Notes: generated by a model not told the origin, from the letters alone. A stretch of 64,000 nt of DNA from Bigelowiella natans CCMP2755 (GCA_000320545.1 ADNK01001148.1:9092-73091), one strand, 5' to 3'. Shown: positions 30,001 to 43,309, counted from the first letter of the stretch. Translations and numbers: made by a program.

Positions 30001-31780
30001 ATTCAAGTCATGTGTGCTCGGTCGCGATCTCGCGGGACGGGCAGACGGTCGTTTCGGGTTCGGGTGACAACACCATCAAAGTGTGGGATGTCTCCTCAGA
30101 ATCATGCACCAAGACGCTCACAGGGCATTCCAATGATGTGAGATCGGTCGCGGTCTGCCGGGACGGGCAGACGGTCGTTTCGGGGTCGGATGACAAGACC
30201 ATCAAAGTGTGGGATCTTGCCAAAGGAACATGCACCAAGACGCTCACGGGGCATTCTCATCGTGTGCACTCGGTCGCGGTCTCGAGGGACGGGCAGACGG
30301 TTGTTTCGGGGTCGTGGGACAAGACCATCAAAGTGTGGGACCTTGCCTCAGGAACGTGCACCAAGACGCTCACGGGGCATTCTCGCAATGTGTCATCGGT
30401 CGCGGTCTCGCGGGACGGGCAGACGGTCGTTTCGGGGTCAGGGGACAAGACCATCAAAGTGTGGGATGTCAAGTCCCCAGGTGGGGGAACGTGCACCAAG
30501 ACGATCACGGGGCATTCTGGTGAGGTGTGCTCGGTCGCGGTCTCGCGGGACGGGCAGACGGTCGTTTCGGGGTCGAATGACAAGACCATCAAAGTGTGGG
30601 ATGTCTCCACAGGAACGTGCACCAAGACGCTCACGGGGCATTCTCAGGGCATGGGCTCGGTCGCGGTCTCGCGGGACGGGCAGACGGTCGTTTCGGGGTC
30701 GGATGACAACACCGTCAGAGTGTGGCGGCGGCAAAAGCGCCGGCCCACAGCGGCCAACGGCGGCGGCTGATGGTGGCTGATGACGACGGCCAACAGCGGC
30801 TGACGGCTGGCTAGTTGTGATGTCATGATTGCGAGGCGTTGACCGAGTGAGTAGCTCGCGAGGTTGTGTTGGCGGGTGGGTGGGTGGTCTGCATGGGAGA
30901 GAAAGAATTGGCAAGACGAGGCAAAACTGATGCTTTTGAGAATGCCTCTGCTTCACAGCTTGATGAGACACACTGCATGGCAACCTCACGTTTTTCAACT
31001 GTTGACGTTCATGATGATGCTTTTGATTTGATCAGAATCACAAGTGTTTCTTCATGTTGATCAGCAGAACGCAGCACGAGCACTTGTGGACTGCCGAATG
31101 CATGGAGAAATGGTTCGCATGCGCGCATTTGCGCATCACCCATGCACAATGCACGCCTCTGACCACGATGTGCAACAACAACAACAAGACAAAAACGGCG
31201 AATCATGGAATCATGAAATGGGTCACAATTTCATGAATCATGCTTGTGCGCTGGAGCTTTGCATGCAGCATTGTCATTGCATGGTGAACATTGGTGACGC
31301 TCTGACACACACGTGTTGCATTTCCATCTGCACATCACACATGGTGTTGCGACTGGCACTCTTGAGACAAGCCTGCATGGCTGGCCCAGTTCATGCATGC
31401 ATGGCACGTCAGTGCTTGCCAGCTGGCTGGCTAGCCAGAGTGGATGATTGCTACATTGCACATTGCACGCCCATGCTGGACACAGACACACCAAACCATG
31501 CTTGTCATGATGTGCGGAACCTCAGTTTCAATCGTTTCCTCCCTTTTTTTCTTTTTGATTCTGCAGGATGCTTTGGGAACCGAAGCTTCTTTCTCCAAGC
31601 TTCACGGAAAGTTGAGGTTTTGAGAGCTAGCAGAGAGAGGGAGGGAAAGAAGAGCTTGATGAGAGAGGGAGAGCCAGAACAATGAACAATGAACAATGAA
31701 GAAAGCGTTGATCAAAACTACATGCGCCAGAACCACATGGGAGACAGGCATTTGCACGCAGCAGAGCCAGAGATGAGCCG
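27100..31780. other. TpA-depleted (hypermutated) tract, left
   Basis: Manual scan found no TA in 28191-29163 or in 29877-30770. Residual TA is nearly all in CTA/TAG context. CATG/TGCA are abundant and CpG is retained. Confidence 0.92.
29877..30770 (+). pseudogene. WD40 protein with 7 near-identical repeats; 5' end disrupted
   Basis: Repeat TLTGHSxxVxSVAVSRDGQTVVSGSxDKTIKVWD. No ATG, in-frame TGA just upstream, intronless, zero Tyr in 297 aa. Confidence 0.85.
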
Positions 31781-31890
31781 GATGGCCCATTGAAGTCTGC
31801 GAGCAACTTTTTATTCCTAGTCGCACAGGATGGAATCGCAAGACAAAGCGGATATCGCCCCTTTTGTACCCCATACGACATGCGACGACT

Positions 31891-32012
31891 ACGCAATACG
31901 GACAAATTCTATAAATTTGCAAGTCTCGGGTTAACGCAATACTGGCAAATTCTAGAATTTGCAAGTCTCGGGTTAACGCAATACTGGCAAATTCTAGAAT
32001 TTGCAAGTCTCG
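31891..32012. repeat. 42-bp tandem repeat (~2.9 copies) containing the 18-bp palindrome GCAAATTCTAGAATTTGC
   Basis: Unit AATTTGCAAGTCTCGGGTTAACGCAATACTGGCAAATTCTAG; two perfect palindromes and one degenerate one. Confidence 0.9.
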
Positions 32013-32380
32013 AATCAAAATTCGGCTTCAGGATGATACTTGAGACACGGTAGAAAATCATATCGCTCTGTAATTTCGCTAATAAATTGTTTTTAGCTTG
32101 TTATTTCCTGGATTAGATCTACCTCGTACCTCAAGATGTTGCCGTGAACAATTGTTTATTAGATGAATTTACCAGGGAAACATACCCGATAAAATTATTT
32201 TTACAAAAAATTAATAATGATTTTTACGGCTTTTACGACAGGACGGTTTCAATGAATCCGCAAATGCCCTGCATTTTATCTCAAGAAGACAACCATTTTC
32301 TGTCCCCTTATTTTCTTCTTGAAGCCTCTCGCCTTGGAATTCCACACCTCCCTGCCCGCTACTCCTCTCCCGACCCTAAT

Positions 32381-32441
<61 letters not shown>

Positions 32442-32717
32442 TTCTCTGCAGCTTGCCAATTTCAGATGAAGAAGGTGAAGATGAATAGTATTGTTTTTTT
32501 TCTTTTGGGAAATGGCATGTGTTTTCTTCTTGTCATTGATTTTTATAAAAACCTATTTTCTTGTTCACTGTGTTCCTCCCTAACCCTCCTCTATTAGAGA
32601 GAAACAGTTTGTGGTTACAAGAAAAAGACATTTTGTCGATCGATGTATCCATGCTCATATCGTATTTAAATGACATTTCCGTGTGCGCCAGGTAGGTAAG
32701 TAGACCAGGCCCATAAG

Positions 32718-33016
32718 ATGAGGATCTTCCTTCCCAAGCCCTCCTTCCTCCTGCTACTCCTGCTACTTCCTCAGCTCGTGGTACCTACAAAAGAACGTAC
32801 TCCATTCTCTCTCCTCTTCTTCTTCCCTCAGGCGCAAAAAAAATAGGGGGGGGGGAGGGGAGGGATATCATAAACTACTAAGCCAAATTGTTATACGGTG
32901 CCTGCGTTTCCTATTATCTCATGATGATTCAAGTGAGTTTGAGCCGCATTTGCGTATACCTGTTCCTCCAACACAATCCAACCAAGTGAGCTGAGCCGCG
33001 GTTCATCATGTGTGTG

Positions 33017-33053
<37 letters not shown>

Positions 33054-33059
33054 ACGTGA

Positions 33060-33103
<44 letters not shown>

Positions 33104-33127
33104 ACGTGAGTATATGTGTACACGTGA

Positions 33128-33167
<40 letters not shown>

Positions 33168-36100
33168 CGTATCCCACCGCCGAGCTAAGCTGTGAATATT
33201 CTCTGATGCTCAGCAAGCCACAATTTCCGATGGCCAAGAAAGTCACGACGTCCTTCATAGTGGATTGGAAGACCTTACAACGATCTCGGATGGATCACGA
33301 GGTATGGGTCGTGATAAAGGTACACGCAAAGCGGCATGGATCTTGACGAATCTGGACTCTTCAGCGACCCAGTCTTCCATGATTGCTTGGGGAGGAGAAT
33401 GCTGGAGGTCGAAAGGCGGTGACCTAACGTGTGTAAAGGATGCAATGAAATCCAAGAGGTTTCAGAAAATCTATTCTACTGAAAGTGCATTCGCAGCGGT
33501 CACGTCGAACGGTAGTGTTGTCACCTGGGGAGATGATTCCTCTGGCGGTGACTCCAGGACCATACAATCCGCGCTGGCAGCAGGCAGGATCCAGACTATC
33601 TATTCCACTTCGACAGCATTCGCAGCGGTCACGTCGAACGGTAGCGTCGTCACCTGGGGAAGTTCTGGCTACGGCGGCGACTCGAAGACCGTGCAATCCG
33701 CGTTGACAGAAGGCAGGATCCAGACCATCCATTCTACTAACACAGCATTCGCAGCGGTCACGTCGAACGGTAGCGTGGTCACCTGGGGAAGTTCTAGTAA
33801 CGGCGGCAACTCCAAGACCGTGCAAGCCGCCTTGGCTGCAGCTAGGGTGCAGACCATCCATTCTACTAACACAGCATTCGCAGCGGTCACGTCGAACGGT
33901 AGCGTGGTCACCTGGGGAGATTCTAGCTACGGTGGCAACTCGAAGACCGTGCAATCCGCCTTGGCATTAGGTAGGGTCCAGACCATCTATTCTACAACAA
34001 AAGCATTCGCAGCGGTCACGACGAACGGTAGCGTGGTCACCTGGGGAGATTCTAGCTACGGTGGCAACTCTAAGACCGTGCAATCCGCGTTGGCGGTAAG
34101 CAGGGTCCAGACCATCCATTCTAATAGATACGCATTCGCAGCGGTCACGACGAACGGTAGCGTGGTCACCTGGGGAAGTTCCATCTACGCCGGCAACTCG
34201 AAGACCGTGCAAGCCGCCTTGGCAGTAGGTAGGGTCCAGACCATCTATTCTAATGAATACGCATTCGCAGTGGTCACGACGAACGGTAGCGTGGTCACCT
34301 GGGGAGGTTCTCACTACGGCGGCAACTCTAAGACCGTGCAATCCGCCTTGGTAGAAGGTGGGGTCCAGACCATCCGTTCCACTAAGCAAGCATTCGCAGC
34401 GGTCACGACGAAAAGTAGCGTCATCACCTGGGGAGGTTCTAGCTACGGCGGCAACTCTAAGACCGTGCAATCCGCCTTGGTAGAAGGTGGGGTCCAGACC
34501 ATCCGTTCCACTAAGCAAGCATTCGCAGCGGTCACGACGAACGGTAGCGTGATCACCTGGGGAGGTTCTAGCTACGGCGGCGACTCCAGGACCGTGCAAG
34601 CCGCCTTGGCTGCAGCTGGGGTGCAGACCATCTTTTCTACTTCTGAAGGTGCATTCGCAGCGGTCACGACGAACGGTAGCGTGGTTGCTTGGGGCCATGA
34701 GGATGTGTGTGGTGGTGTCCTACCAAACATGACATCCACAGATGTCAGGGCAGTTCATTCTACGTCTAGGGCATTTGCAGCAGTGACTTTCGAGAACATT
34801 GTGATCACATGGGGACATTTTAGCTACGGTGGCAACTCCAGGACCGTGCAATCCGCGTTGGTAGAAGGTGGGGTCCAGACCATCCATTCCACTAAGCAAG
34901 CATTCGCAGCGGTCACGACGAACGGTAGCGTGGTCACCTGGGGAAGTTCCATCTACGCCGGCGACTCGAAGACCGTGCAAGCCGCCTTGGCAGTAGGTAG
35001 GGTCCAGACCATCTATTCTAATGAATACGCATTCGCAGCGGTCACGTCAGACGGTAGCGTGGTCACCTGGGGACGTTCTCACTACGGCGGCAACTCTAAG
35101 ACCGTGCAATCCGCCTTGGCAGTAGGCAGGATCCAGACCATCTATTCTACTTGGCAAGCATTCGCAGCGGTCACGTCGAACGGTAGCGTGGTCGCTTGGG
35201 GAAGTTCTAGCACTGGCGGCAACTCCAGGACCGTGCAAGCCGCGCTGGCAACAGGTAAGGTCCAGACCATCTATTCTACTAAGCAAGCATTCGCAGCGGT
35301 CACGTCGAACGGTAGCGTGGTCACCTGGGGAAGTTCTAGTAACGGCGGCAACTCCAAGACCGTGCAAGCCGCCTTGGCTGCAGCTAGGGTCCAGACCATC
35401 TATTCTACAACAAAAGCATTCGCAGCGGTCACGACGAACGGTAGCGTGGTCACCTGGGGAGATTCTAGCTACGGTGGCAACTCGAAGACCGTGCAATCCG
35501 CCTTGGCATTAGGTAGGGTCCAGACCATCTATTCTACAACAAAAGCATTCGCAGCGGTCACGACGAACGGTAGCGTGGTCACCTGGGGAGATTCTAGCTA
35601 CGGTGGCAACTCTAAGACCGTGCAATCCGCGTTGGCGGTAAGCAGGGTCCAGACCATCCATTCTAATAAATACGCATTTGCAGCGGTCACCTCGAACAGC
35701 ATCGTGATCACCTGGGGATATTCTAAATCTGGCGGCGACTCCAGGACCGTGCAAGCGGATTTGGCAACGGGCAAGATTGAGGCGATCTATTCCAACGGTG
35801 GGGAAAACAGTGGGCCTAACAACAATTTCCACGGCGGGGCTTTTACAGCGTTGTTATCTGATGGAAAATTGGTGACCTGGGGGGGTATCAAATACTATGG
35901 TGGTAGCGTAAATTTGAAGACCAGCACCGGCGCAAGCATTGTTTCTACTGATTGTGCTTTCGTTGCATATGGAGCAAAAACAAGTTCTCCAACGATGAGC
36001 CCAAGCACTATGAGTCCTACGTCAAGTCCTAGCACTAGCATCCCTTCTGCAAGCCCCTCAACGATGAGTCCAAGTACTAACACCCCATCTGCAAGTCCAA

Positions 36101-39100
36101 GTACTAACACCCCATCTGCAAGTCCCTCCACTGGTACGATTTTCTCTTATTGGGATATGTTCTATCAAACTACCTTGACCTTGACTCATTTTTTTCTTAC
36201 TTCTTTCCATTAGGCATCCCAACTGTGAGCTGTCCTGTCCCCCTATTGGCGAGGTTAAAGGAAGAATATTGAACGTTGTAACGAATACAGCCTTGATATT
36301 GATTGGTTGTGCAGGTTCAACGACCCTATTACCATGATAAATGTGTATTACAATATGCCAACAAACACCCCCGGGTCCGTGGACTTAAAGACTGCGTGCA
36401 GCCTTCTCCTATACCCCTCATCAGTCGCTCTTCTGGGGTAATTAAAAAGATAAATGCATCGGCTTTTTTTTTGGTTCCCCTCCCTAATTGCCATTATAAA
36501 ATCTCCAATCCTCTCATTTATTTGTTTAGTGAAAACCCTACCTGTAGCTGGGAATCCCCGACGCAACTGAATCTGCATCTTGGAAGAGGGTTAGTTGTGA
36601 AAAATGACTGTTTTGTCTTGGATTTTGCAGAAAAAGCTTCCTGATTCTCGAAATTTGCAGGTTCCTTGCTGTACCTTCCTCGCTCATAATTACAAAACCG
36701 GACATTGTGCGAAGAAAAGGTATAGATGCAATTGCCTTCGTATCATCTCACCAGAAAAAGCCCTCTCCCCCCCCCCCCCCTCCCCAAAAAAAAAAAAAGA
36801 AAAAATACTGTCATTGTTACAATTTTTTTTTTAATATAAATATAATTCCGAATTATTTATTGCAATCGCTAGGAGCTCCAGTACATGAACCAAAAACTGC
36901 AAGGACAGAGCTTCGACTCGGACTTCCACCTAACCCGCCGATCGTCTCCATATCAATAGTCAGTGGCATGCTTGAGATCGTTTTCTTCAGATTTCTGTTT
37001 CGGCTAATTACAGCGTACAACTTATTTTACAACTATAGATTGCGCCAAAAGTGATCGGAACGTGTGATACATCCATCACACTAAACTCCGTTGGAGCTGG
37101 AAATGCAGGTGGGGATCCTAGATCCTATAGATAATGGTTTATACATGAACTCCAGTTTCAGTCTTCCGTTTCCTGAGGGAGATACAAATTTTACCTATAT
37201 GTTTCTCAGGACGCCCTTTCGTCTACAATTGGACATTCATAAGTCTCAACCTCCCACCCTCCTCTTCCCCCTCGTATTTTGATGCGATAGAATTTCCATG
37301 TGCTTGCAAACCCCTGACCGCGTATTCCCTCTCCTCCTATACGACTCGCTCCTCCTCTGCGACTCGCTCTCCTACACGACTCGCTAGGCTCGAGTTCTCA
37401 GCACTCCTCCGCATTTATCAACTCGGTGGAACAGGCGGTCCGGTCTATCAACGGTTCTTAACCACGCTACTTTCTTAGCCGTCACCAACAGTTCTTATCT
37501 TACGAGATTGCGTACGCCTCTCAGGAACGCCGGCGTACGTAGCGACAAAGTCCTTTCTCACGGGCAGCACGTATAAGTTCAAGGTTTCTGCGCTAAGCAC
37601 CCAACAGCTTCATTTGGAAAACAGTTTTGAAGATATTTTTTAATATTTTACGGCACATATTTATACAAAAGGTCCAAGTGGCAAACTGGCTAGGGACTAC
37701 AAGCTCTACAACACACGTGTTTCGGAAGGTAGGTCGACAAGCTAAGGGCGCCATTAGGATCTGCCTACACATTTTTTTTCTTTTCTTTTTTTCCTTTTTT
37801 TTTTTTTTTTTTTTTTTTGGGGGGGGGGATAAAAAAATAGAATCCCGTGGGGGGGAGGAAAATAAATTGTGTTCTTTGGAATCAGGTATCCGAAGCCGTT
37901 CCGATACTCCTTCTTCCAAGCGCAACAAATATAGTTGCAAAACGTAGCGAGTCGTTGAGAATCTCAGTGCAAGTGCGCCCTGCGGAATGCAGCATACCGA
38001 AGGTGCGACGTCTCAGATAACCTCAACCGAACACCGTATGCTCTCTCGCCCTCACATTTTTGTCCTTCTCCTTCTCCCCCCTTTTGTAACATACATTTCC
38101 AGAACGGAGGCGAGCGTGTTATTTTGTCCACAGTTGCTCAATGGTACCAAACGTCAGGACCATCAGAGGTGAAGTTGGTCTATGAAACTATTTCTGCCTT
38201 TTTTTTTTGGTTGGGGGTCATCATGATGTTCTTCTTTATTTATGCGCCAGGTTGTTATTCCTCAGCCGACCTCAGCTTACCTTCGACTTCCAGCTTTCGT
38301 TTTAGATATTAACAGTACCTATCAGTTTTCCATGCATGCTAGCACCAAGGACTCACAAGGTATAATTGTAGAGATGTGTAACGATCAACCCATGCCCAAA
38401 CAAGGAGGCTAAGGCATAATAAACTGTCTCCCAGGTTATGCTGTCGGGGACACCAATGTAACGTTCACAGTCCATATCTCCGATGAGCCTGTAAGAGCAG
38501 TTATTTCTGGCGGTTCGGAGCGACTGGTATCACTCTCCGCAGGACCCAACATTACGTTTGAAGGAGGAGAATCGGTCGATCCAGCGTACATTTCTTCCCG
38601 GTTATCGTTTAACTGGTCGCTCACTAACGTTGCCAACGGAAACCCTCTTCCGCTACGGGCTATCAGCAGCACAGCAGCCCTCGTTTCCACCGATATTCTC
38701 ATAGCCAACCAAACGTACTTGCTAGAGCTTGTCACGACCAGCAACGCCTCTAGATGGGACAGATCGGGCAGGACACAGCAGATCATTCGCACTACAGACG
38801 CCGACATTCCTTTCGTCTCGATACGAGCAAGTTCCGGTCTCTACCACAACGTCCAGACGAAGTTGTCTTTATCTGCAGGTACGCAAAACGAAATCGCATT
38901 CTAAATTTGTGGTTAATTCATGAAATCATAATGTTCATAGTGCTGAGAAACGGAAACGCATCAAAGGCAGGGGGGGGGGGCGGTTTCGGCCAGCAGTGGT
39001 TGTGTACCTCCGCCAATTTCAACCTTTCCGACAGCCGAAATCTGCTCTCAGGGACCACCGCAGAGAACTTGGTCATACGACCGAATGCGCTGGCTCCCGG

Positions 39101-39248
39101 GAGTACATATTCATTCGCTGTCCGGGCTTGGTATTCGGCTGAGGAGGGATACCAACATGGAGAAGCCAGCATCGTCGTCAAGACCAACTATCCACCGGTG
39201 TTTGGTAATATGTTGAGAGAAAAGAGAGAAAGAAATGGAAGGGATAGA

Positions 39249-39291
<43 letters not shown>

Positions 39292-39318
39292 AAGAAATGG
39301 AGGGGATAGAGATGAGAG

Positions 39319-39369
<51 letters not shown>

Positions 39370-42300
39370 GGATTTGTTTGTCCTTCATTCGTTTGTATTT
39401 TGGATACGTCCGAACGAATAAACTTGATTTGGAATTTCTGTATAAATCAGGATCTTGTGAAAGCTCTCCACAGATAGGAACAGCAATGACGACGGTATAT
39501 CGGCTTAGCTGCGATGGCTGGACGACCGGTACTAGCCTGCCCCTTCGGTATCAATTTCAAATGGTCACTTCGAGGCACACGATAGCTGAGGTAGAGGCGC
39601 ACGAAGCCAGCTTAGAGAAAGGGTGAGTGACTTCTGATAATTGCAAACAATTCTATCGTATTACCATTCGTATTACCATCTAGCATCGTATAACCCCAAA
39701 CAATTGTTTATCTCTTATGTCTGCTGCTAGCGTCTCGTCCGATGAGCCGTTCTTCCTGGATCTCTGTGAGCTGAGGCAAGTGGGATATTACCAATCGGTC
39801 CTTTCTGAGAGCAGCGGGTTGTCGAATATCGTGGTGATAAGAGCACGCATTGTCGATGACACTGGGGCGTCAAGCTCATTCCCGTTCAGTTTGACGGTGT
39901 TACCTCTGCCCCCCTCGGGTCTTTCCACAGCTGAAAAAACGATGAACACCAGATTCAGTGAAGGGGATATGCAAGAATATGTTGTGCTAGCTGCTGGGAT
40001 CTCGTCTCAACTGAACTCGGGCTTCCAAGATCCGGCTCCTCCTCCGGTACACTCTGCCACCACACTACGCATGTCGATGCTACGAAATTTGGAGGACATC
40101 ACGATCTCGAACGGGAGCAACCTTGCACGGGTCCTCGATCCTCAAACATCTTCGGCCTTGGTTGAGCGCATCACAGCTGCGAATCGCAGTGGAGAGGTCG
40201 ATGATGGTCTTTTTGATTTGTCAATGGATGTCATGACCTCGATCGTGCGAGCGCAAAACCAAGTGAATGCAGAACAGACCGATCTCTCTCTTCCCCAAAC
40301 GGCTGCTCAGCTTTCTGGTTCCGTCGCAAACATGCTCCATGCAGCAAAAGCATCGCGATTGGACCTCCCTGTGAATCGATCCCTCGCAGTTGCGAACTTG
40401 CTGTCGAACCTGAGTTCAATGCTTGTTTCGGGCGACCAGGTGGTGGTTGGAGAGGAAGCCGTCACTGCTGGAAGCGCCAACTCCCAGGATGGCTCTCAGA
40501 GGGTCACGCTGTCCGGAAAACTGATAGCGAGTACAAGCCTGGAGAATGCTACACTAGCACAGAAAGCCACAAACTGTAAAGTTGTTTTCCAGCCATCGGG
40601 TAGGACAATAGGAGGGCCAAATGCAAGCTCGAGTTCATCCGTTCTTCAGCTCGGACTGACGACCATCGTAGGAGGAAAGTCTTCTATGTTTTACGAAACC
40701 TGGCCTGCGGGCCGTGAATCGAAAAATGGTATCTTGAAAATAGATGTCCGGTCCATTGACAGCCAGGAAATACAAATCCAAAATACATCGCGTCCTATAC
40801 GTTTCACGGTTCCAAACTGGGAAGCTAAAAGATCTACAGCTAATGAGGATCTAAGCCGCTACGGTTGCGCGTATTGGAACGGAACCCACTGGAGTAAGCG
40901 GGGACTAAATCTCACCATGGAGCAAGGGGCTCCTGTATGTGAAAGCACCCATCTCTCCCTATTTACCCTCCTAACCGATTCGGTCAGAGTCGAGGTGAAC
41001 ACAGTCAGTGCAAACGATCTTACCGATCTCGATGCATTTGATCCTTCCAAGAACCCGATGATGCTGCTGGTTGTTATGGTGTTTGCTACGGCGCTGCTCA
41101 TTCTCCCCATTCTGCGATGGTATGATCGAAACCCCGGAATGTGCGCCGCCACTCTTACCGACTGCAGAGGATCGAATAAGGAGGCGTTCAAGGAGGAGGT
41201 TCAACGGGATTTCTGGAGGCTGAAAACCACGGCACGATACCTTCATACAGAAGCCAAGGGCTCCTGTCGCACATGGATGCGCACTAGCTCCATAGCCATG
41301 CGAACTCGTCACCCGTGGCTGTCCATTGCGCTCAGGCACCCTGGAGACTACATGAACTCTCAAAAGAGGCTTTTAGTGCTTTTGGTTCTCGTGATGAATG
41401 GCGCCGTCGTGTGCGCGCTCCTTGAAGGGACTTCTCAGAAGCTGTTTTTTCTCACTGGAACAGCTGCATTGGCCATTGTTGCTTGCCTGATTTCATTTCC
41501 CGTACCCTATGTCGTATCGGCGATGTTCCATCGCGCGACACCGAAAGAGTTTCGCGTCCCATTCGTAGCATCAGGTCTGGCTGCCGCTCTGCCTTGGATT
41601 TTCTTCATCGCATCGGTTTGTGTTCAAGATGTTCATGATGGTTTAGCTATGGAAGACGATGAAGCTGAAGCCGAAGCCGATGGTGATGACAATTTTGAAA
41701 ACGACGAAAATGGAGACAATCAAGGTGAGACACAGAAGCAACAAGGCGAAGTAGATGGTGATGATGGTGATAATAGCGATGAGGAGAAAGGCGACGGGAA
41801 GAAGCTGGATGAAAAGGAAGCGAAGTCAAATCGTGTCAAAACGAAACCCGGCATCCTTCCGTTCCAATCGTCCATGGCAACGCACACGGGTTCGGCCGCC
41901 GGTGCATCGCTAGGCTGGGTTGCGGGTGGCGAACGGAAAGAACAGAAGATATTCAAACGTTCTCAGAGTATGAGAATGCACTTTCAATCGACAAATACGA
42001 ATTTCGTCACACGATCTGAGTCTTTCTACGGGTTCGCCAGCGAATCGTCGGTCGGTAATAACGAATGGACAACGAGAGATGGCGTTGGAATTCTGGTATC
42101 AGGGGTACTCATTCTAGGCTGCGCTTTCTTGCTCGTAGTCATTTCTTGGAGCCGCCGGATGGAAGGCGGTCAGGAAGCGTTAGAGGTCACCGTAATGTGC
42201 TACGGCCAGGACGTACTTTTGCGGATATTTACGATAGCTTTAGCTGAGGGCGTTCTTATTGCGATGCTCTCTTTTTCAACAGTCCAGAGCATTACAAGGG

Positions 42301-42979
42301 CAGATGGCGGACGCGCGCTCACCACGATGGTTCTTCCCTGTGATGTAGCCACCTGCTTCGTGGACAGTAGGGGGATAGTCGACGAGGTCACTGCAGCTGG
42401 AAAGAGGCTTGGGGTTCGAGTTGGATGGTCAATCGTCCGGATCAATGGTGAAGCTGTGAGCTCTGAACGAGAGCGTCAGGCTGCAGTGCGTCGAGCCCAC
42501 GCCATGGGATCGCAATTTTCTGTCTCATTCGATGTCGCATCCTGTAGAGAAAATGCTAGACTCGACCGTTTACCGTCTGAATCGATCTCCTTCCATTCTG
42601 GTATAGACCCAGAACAAGACTTTCCGTATCAACCGCCTTCACCACGTCGTCGGTTACAATTCGGGCGTGCTGCTAGTTCTGGGTACCGTACTACGAGGTA
42701 TTCGATCGTTTTCGACAGAGCTTTTTCCAATGGTTTCATTCACGTTCCTTTCTTTATTCAATTTTAAAGCATCCCCCCCCCCTTTTTTTTTTGGTAATTC
42801 CGGCCCGCACGAAACATGTTAGGTTTGAAAGAGAGCTTCGGAGAACGGTTCTGTTCGGCGACATCAGCCACTACAGCATCAGTGAGAGTGATGAAACTGG
42901 AGAGGATTCCGTCTTGGATGAGCCCGGATGTATTGCCCCGAACGCTGCAAGTTCTTCCTCAACTTACACTGCTCATTAG
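32718..42979 (+). CDS. Polycystin-1/REJ-like adhesion receptor, copy 1: signal peptide, 20 RCC1-like repeats, S/T/P stalk, REJ, GAIN/GPS, multi-TM, PDZ-like; spliced
   Basis: [21 protein letters not shown] leader at 32718; large repeat exon (ORF 33265-36213); REJ-like [16 protein letters not shown]...TNYPPVFG|[23 protein letters not shown]...PLRYQF; [16 protein letters not shown]...[12 protein letters not shown]; PKD1-like [11 protein letters not shown]...QKRL; PDZ-like [13 protein letters not shown]; last intron 42698-42822 restores the frame to a stop at 42979. Confidence 0.85.
33487..35910 (+). repeat. Coding tandem array of 129-bp (43-aa) RCC1-like repeats, copy 1
   Basis: [43 protein letters not shown] repeated 19 times, plus one degenerate N-terminal unit. 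Confidence 0.93.
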
Positions 42980-43309
42980 AAGCAAATCAATGCGAGTCAC
43001 TAACCGTAACTAACGTATCTGATGATACAGATGTGTGCATACCTCACAACGCTGTCGCAGTGCATGGTGTAGTAAGCAAATGAAAAAGCATGGTCCATAG
43101 ACCTTACAGTGATATGCTCCGTGTATACATGTATACATGTATACATGTATACACGTATGGATATTGCCAACACCGTGTGTTGATTTTGCTTAGTCATGGG
43201 CGTCAAGCATTCTGCTCACCCTACCTCGCTGCCATGTTCCGATGTCCAGCATTTACCTGTTTCGCGCGATTCGCGCGCCGAGATGCAAACATGTACACCG
43301 GTCGGCCCA

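Noticed and set aside
27100-31780. Fungal-type RIP or CpG-methylation decay as the cause of the TG/CA excess
   Set aside because: RIP would raise TpA. CpG remains abundant, for example throughout the WD40 ORF, while TpA is what is missing.
31891-32012. CRISPR-like array (palindromic repeats)
   Set aside because: The sequence between palindromes is identical, so there are no unique spacers; no cas genes; eukaryotic context.
33265-42767. Treating ORFs 33265-36213, 38754-39626 and 39717-42767 as separate genes
   Set aside because: They start or end in intronic sequence. Splice sites and domain order indicate a single receptor gene.
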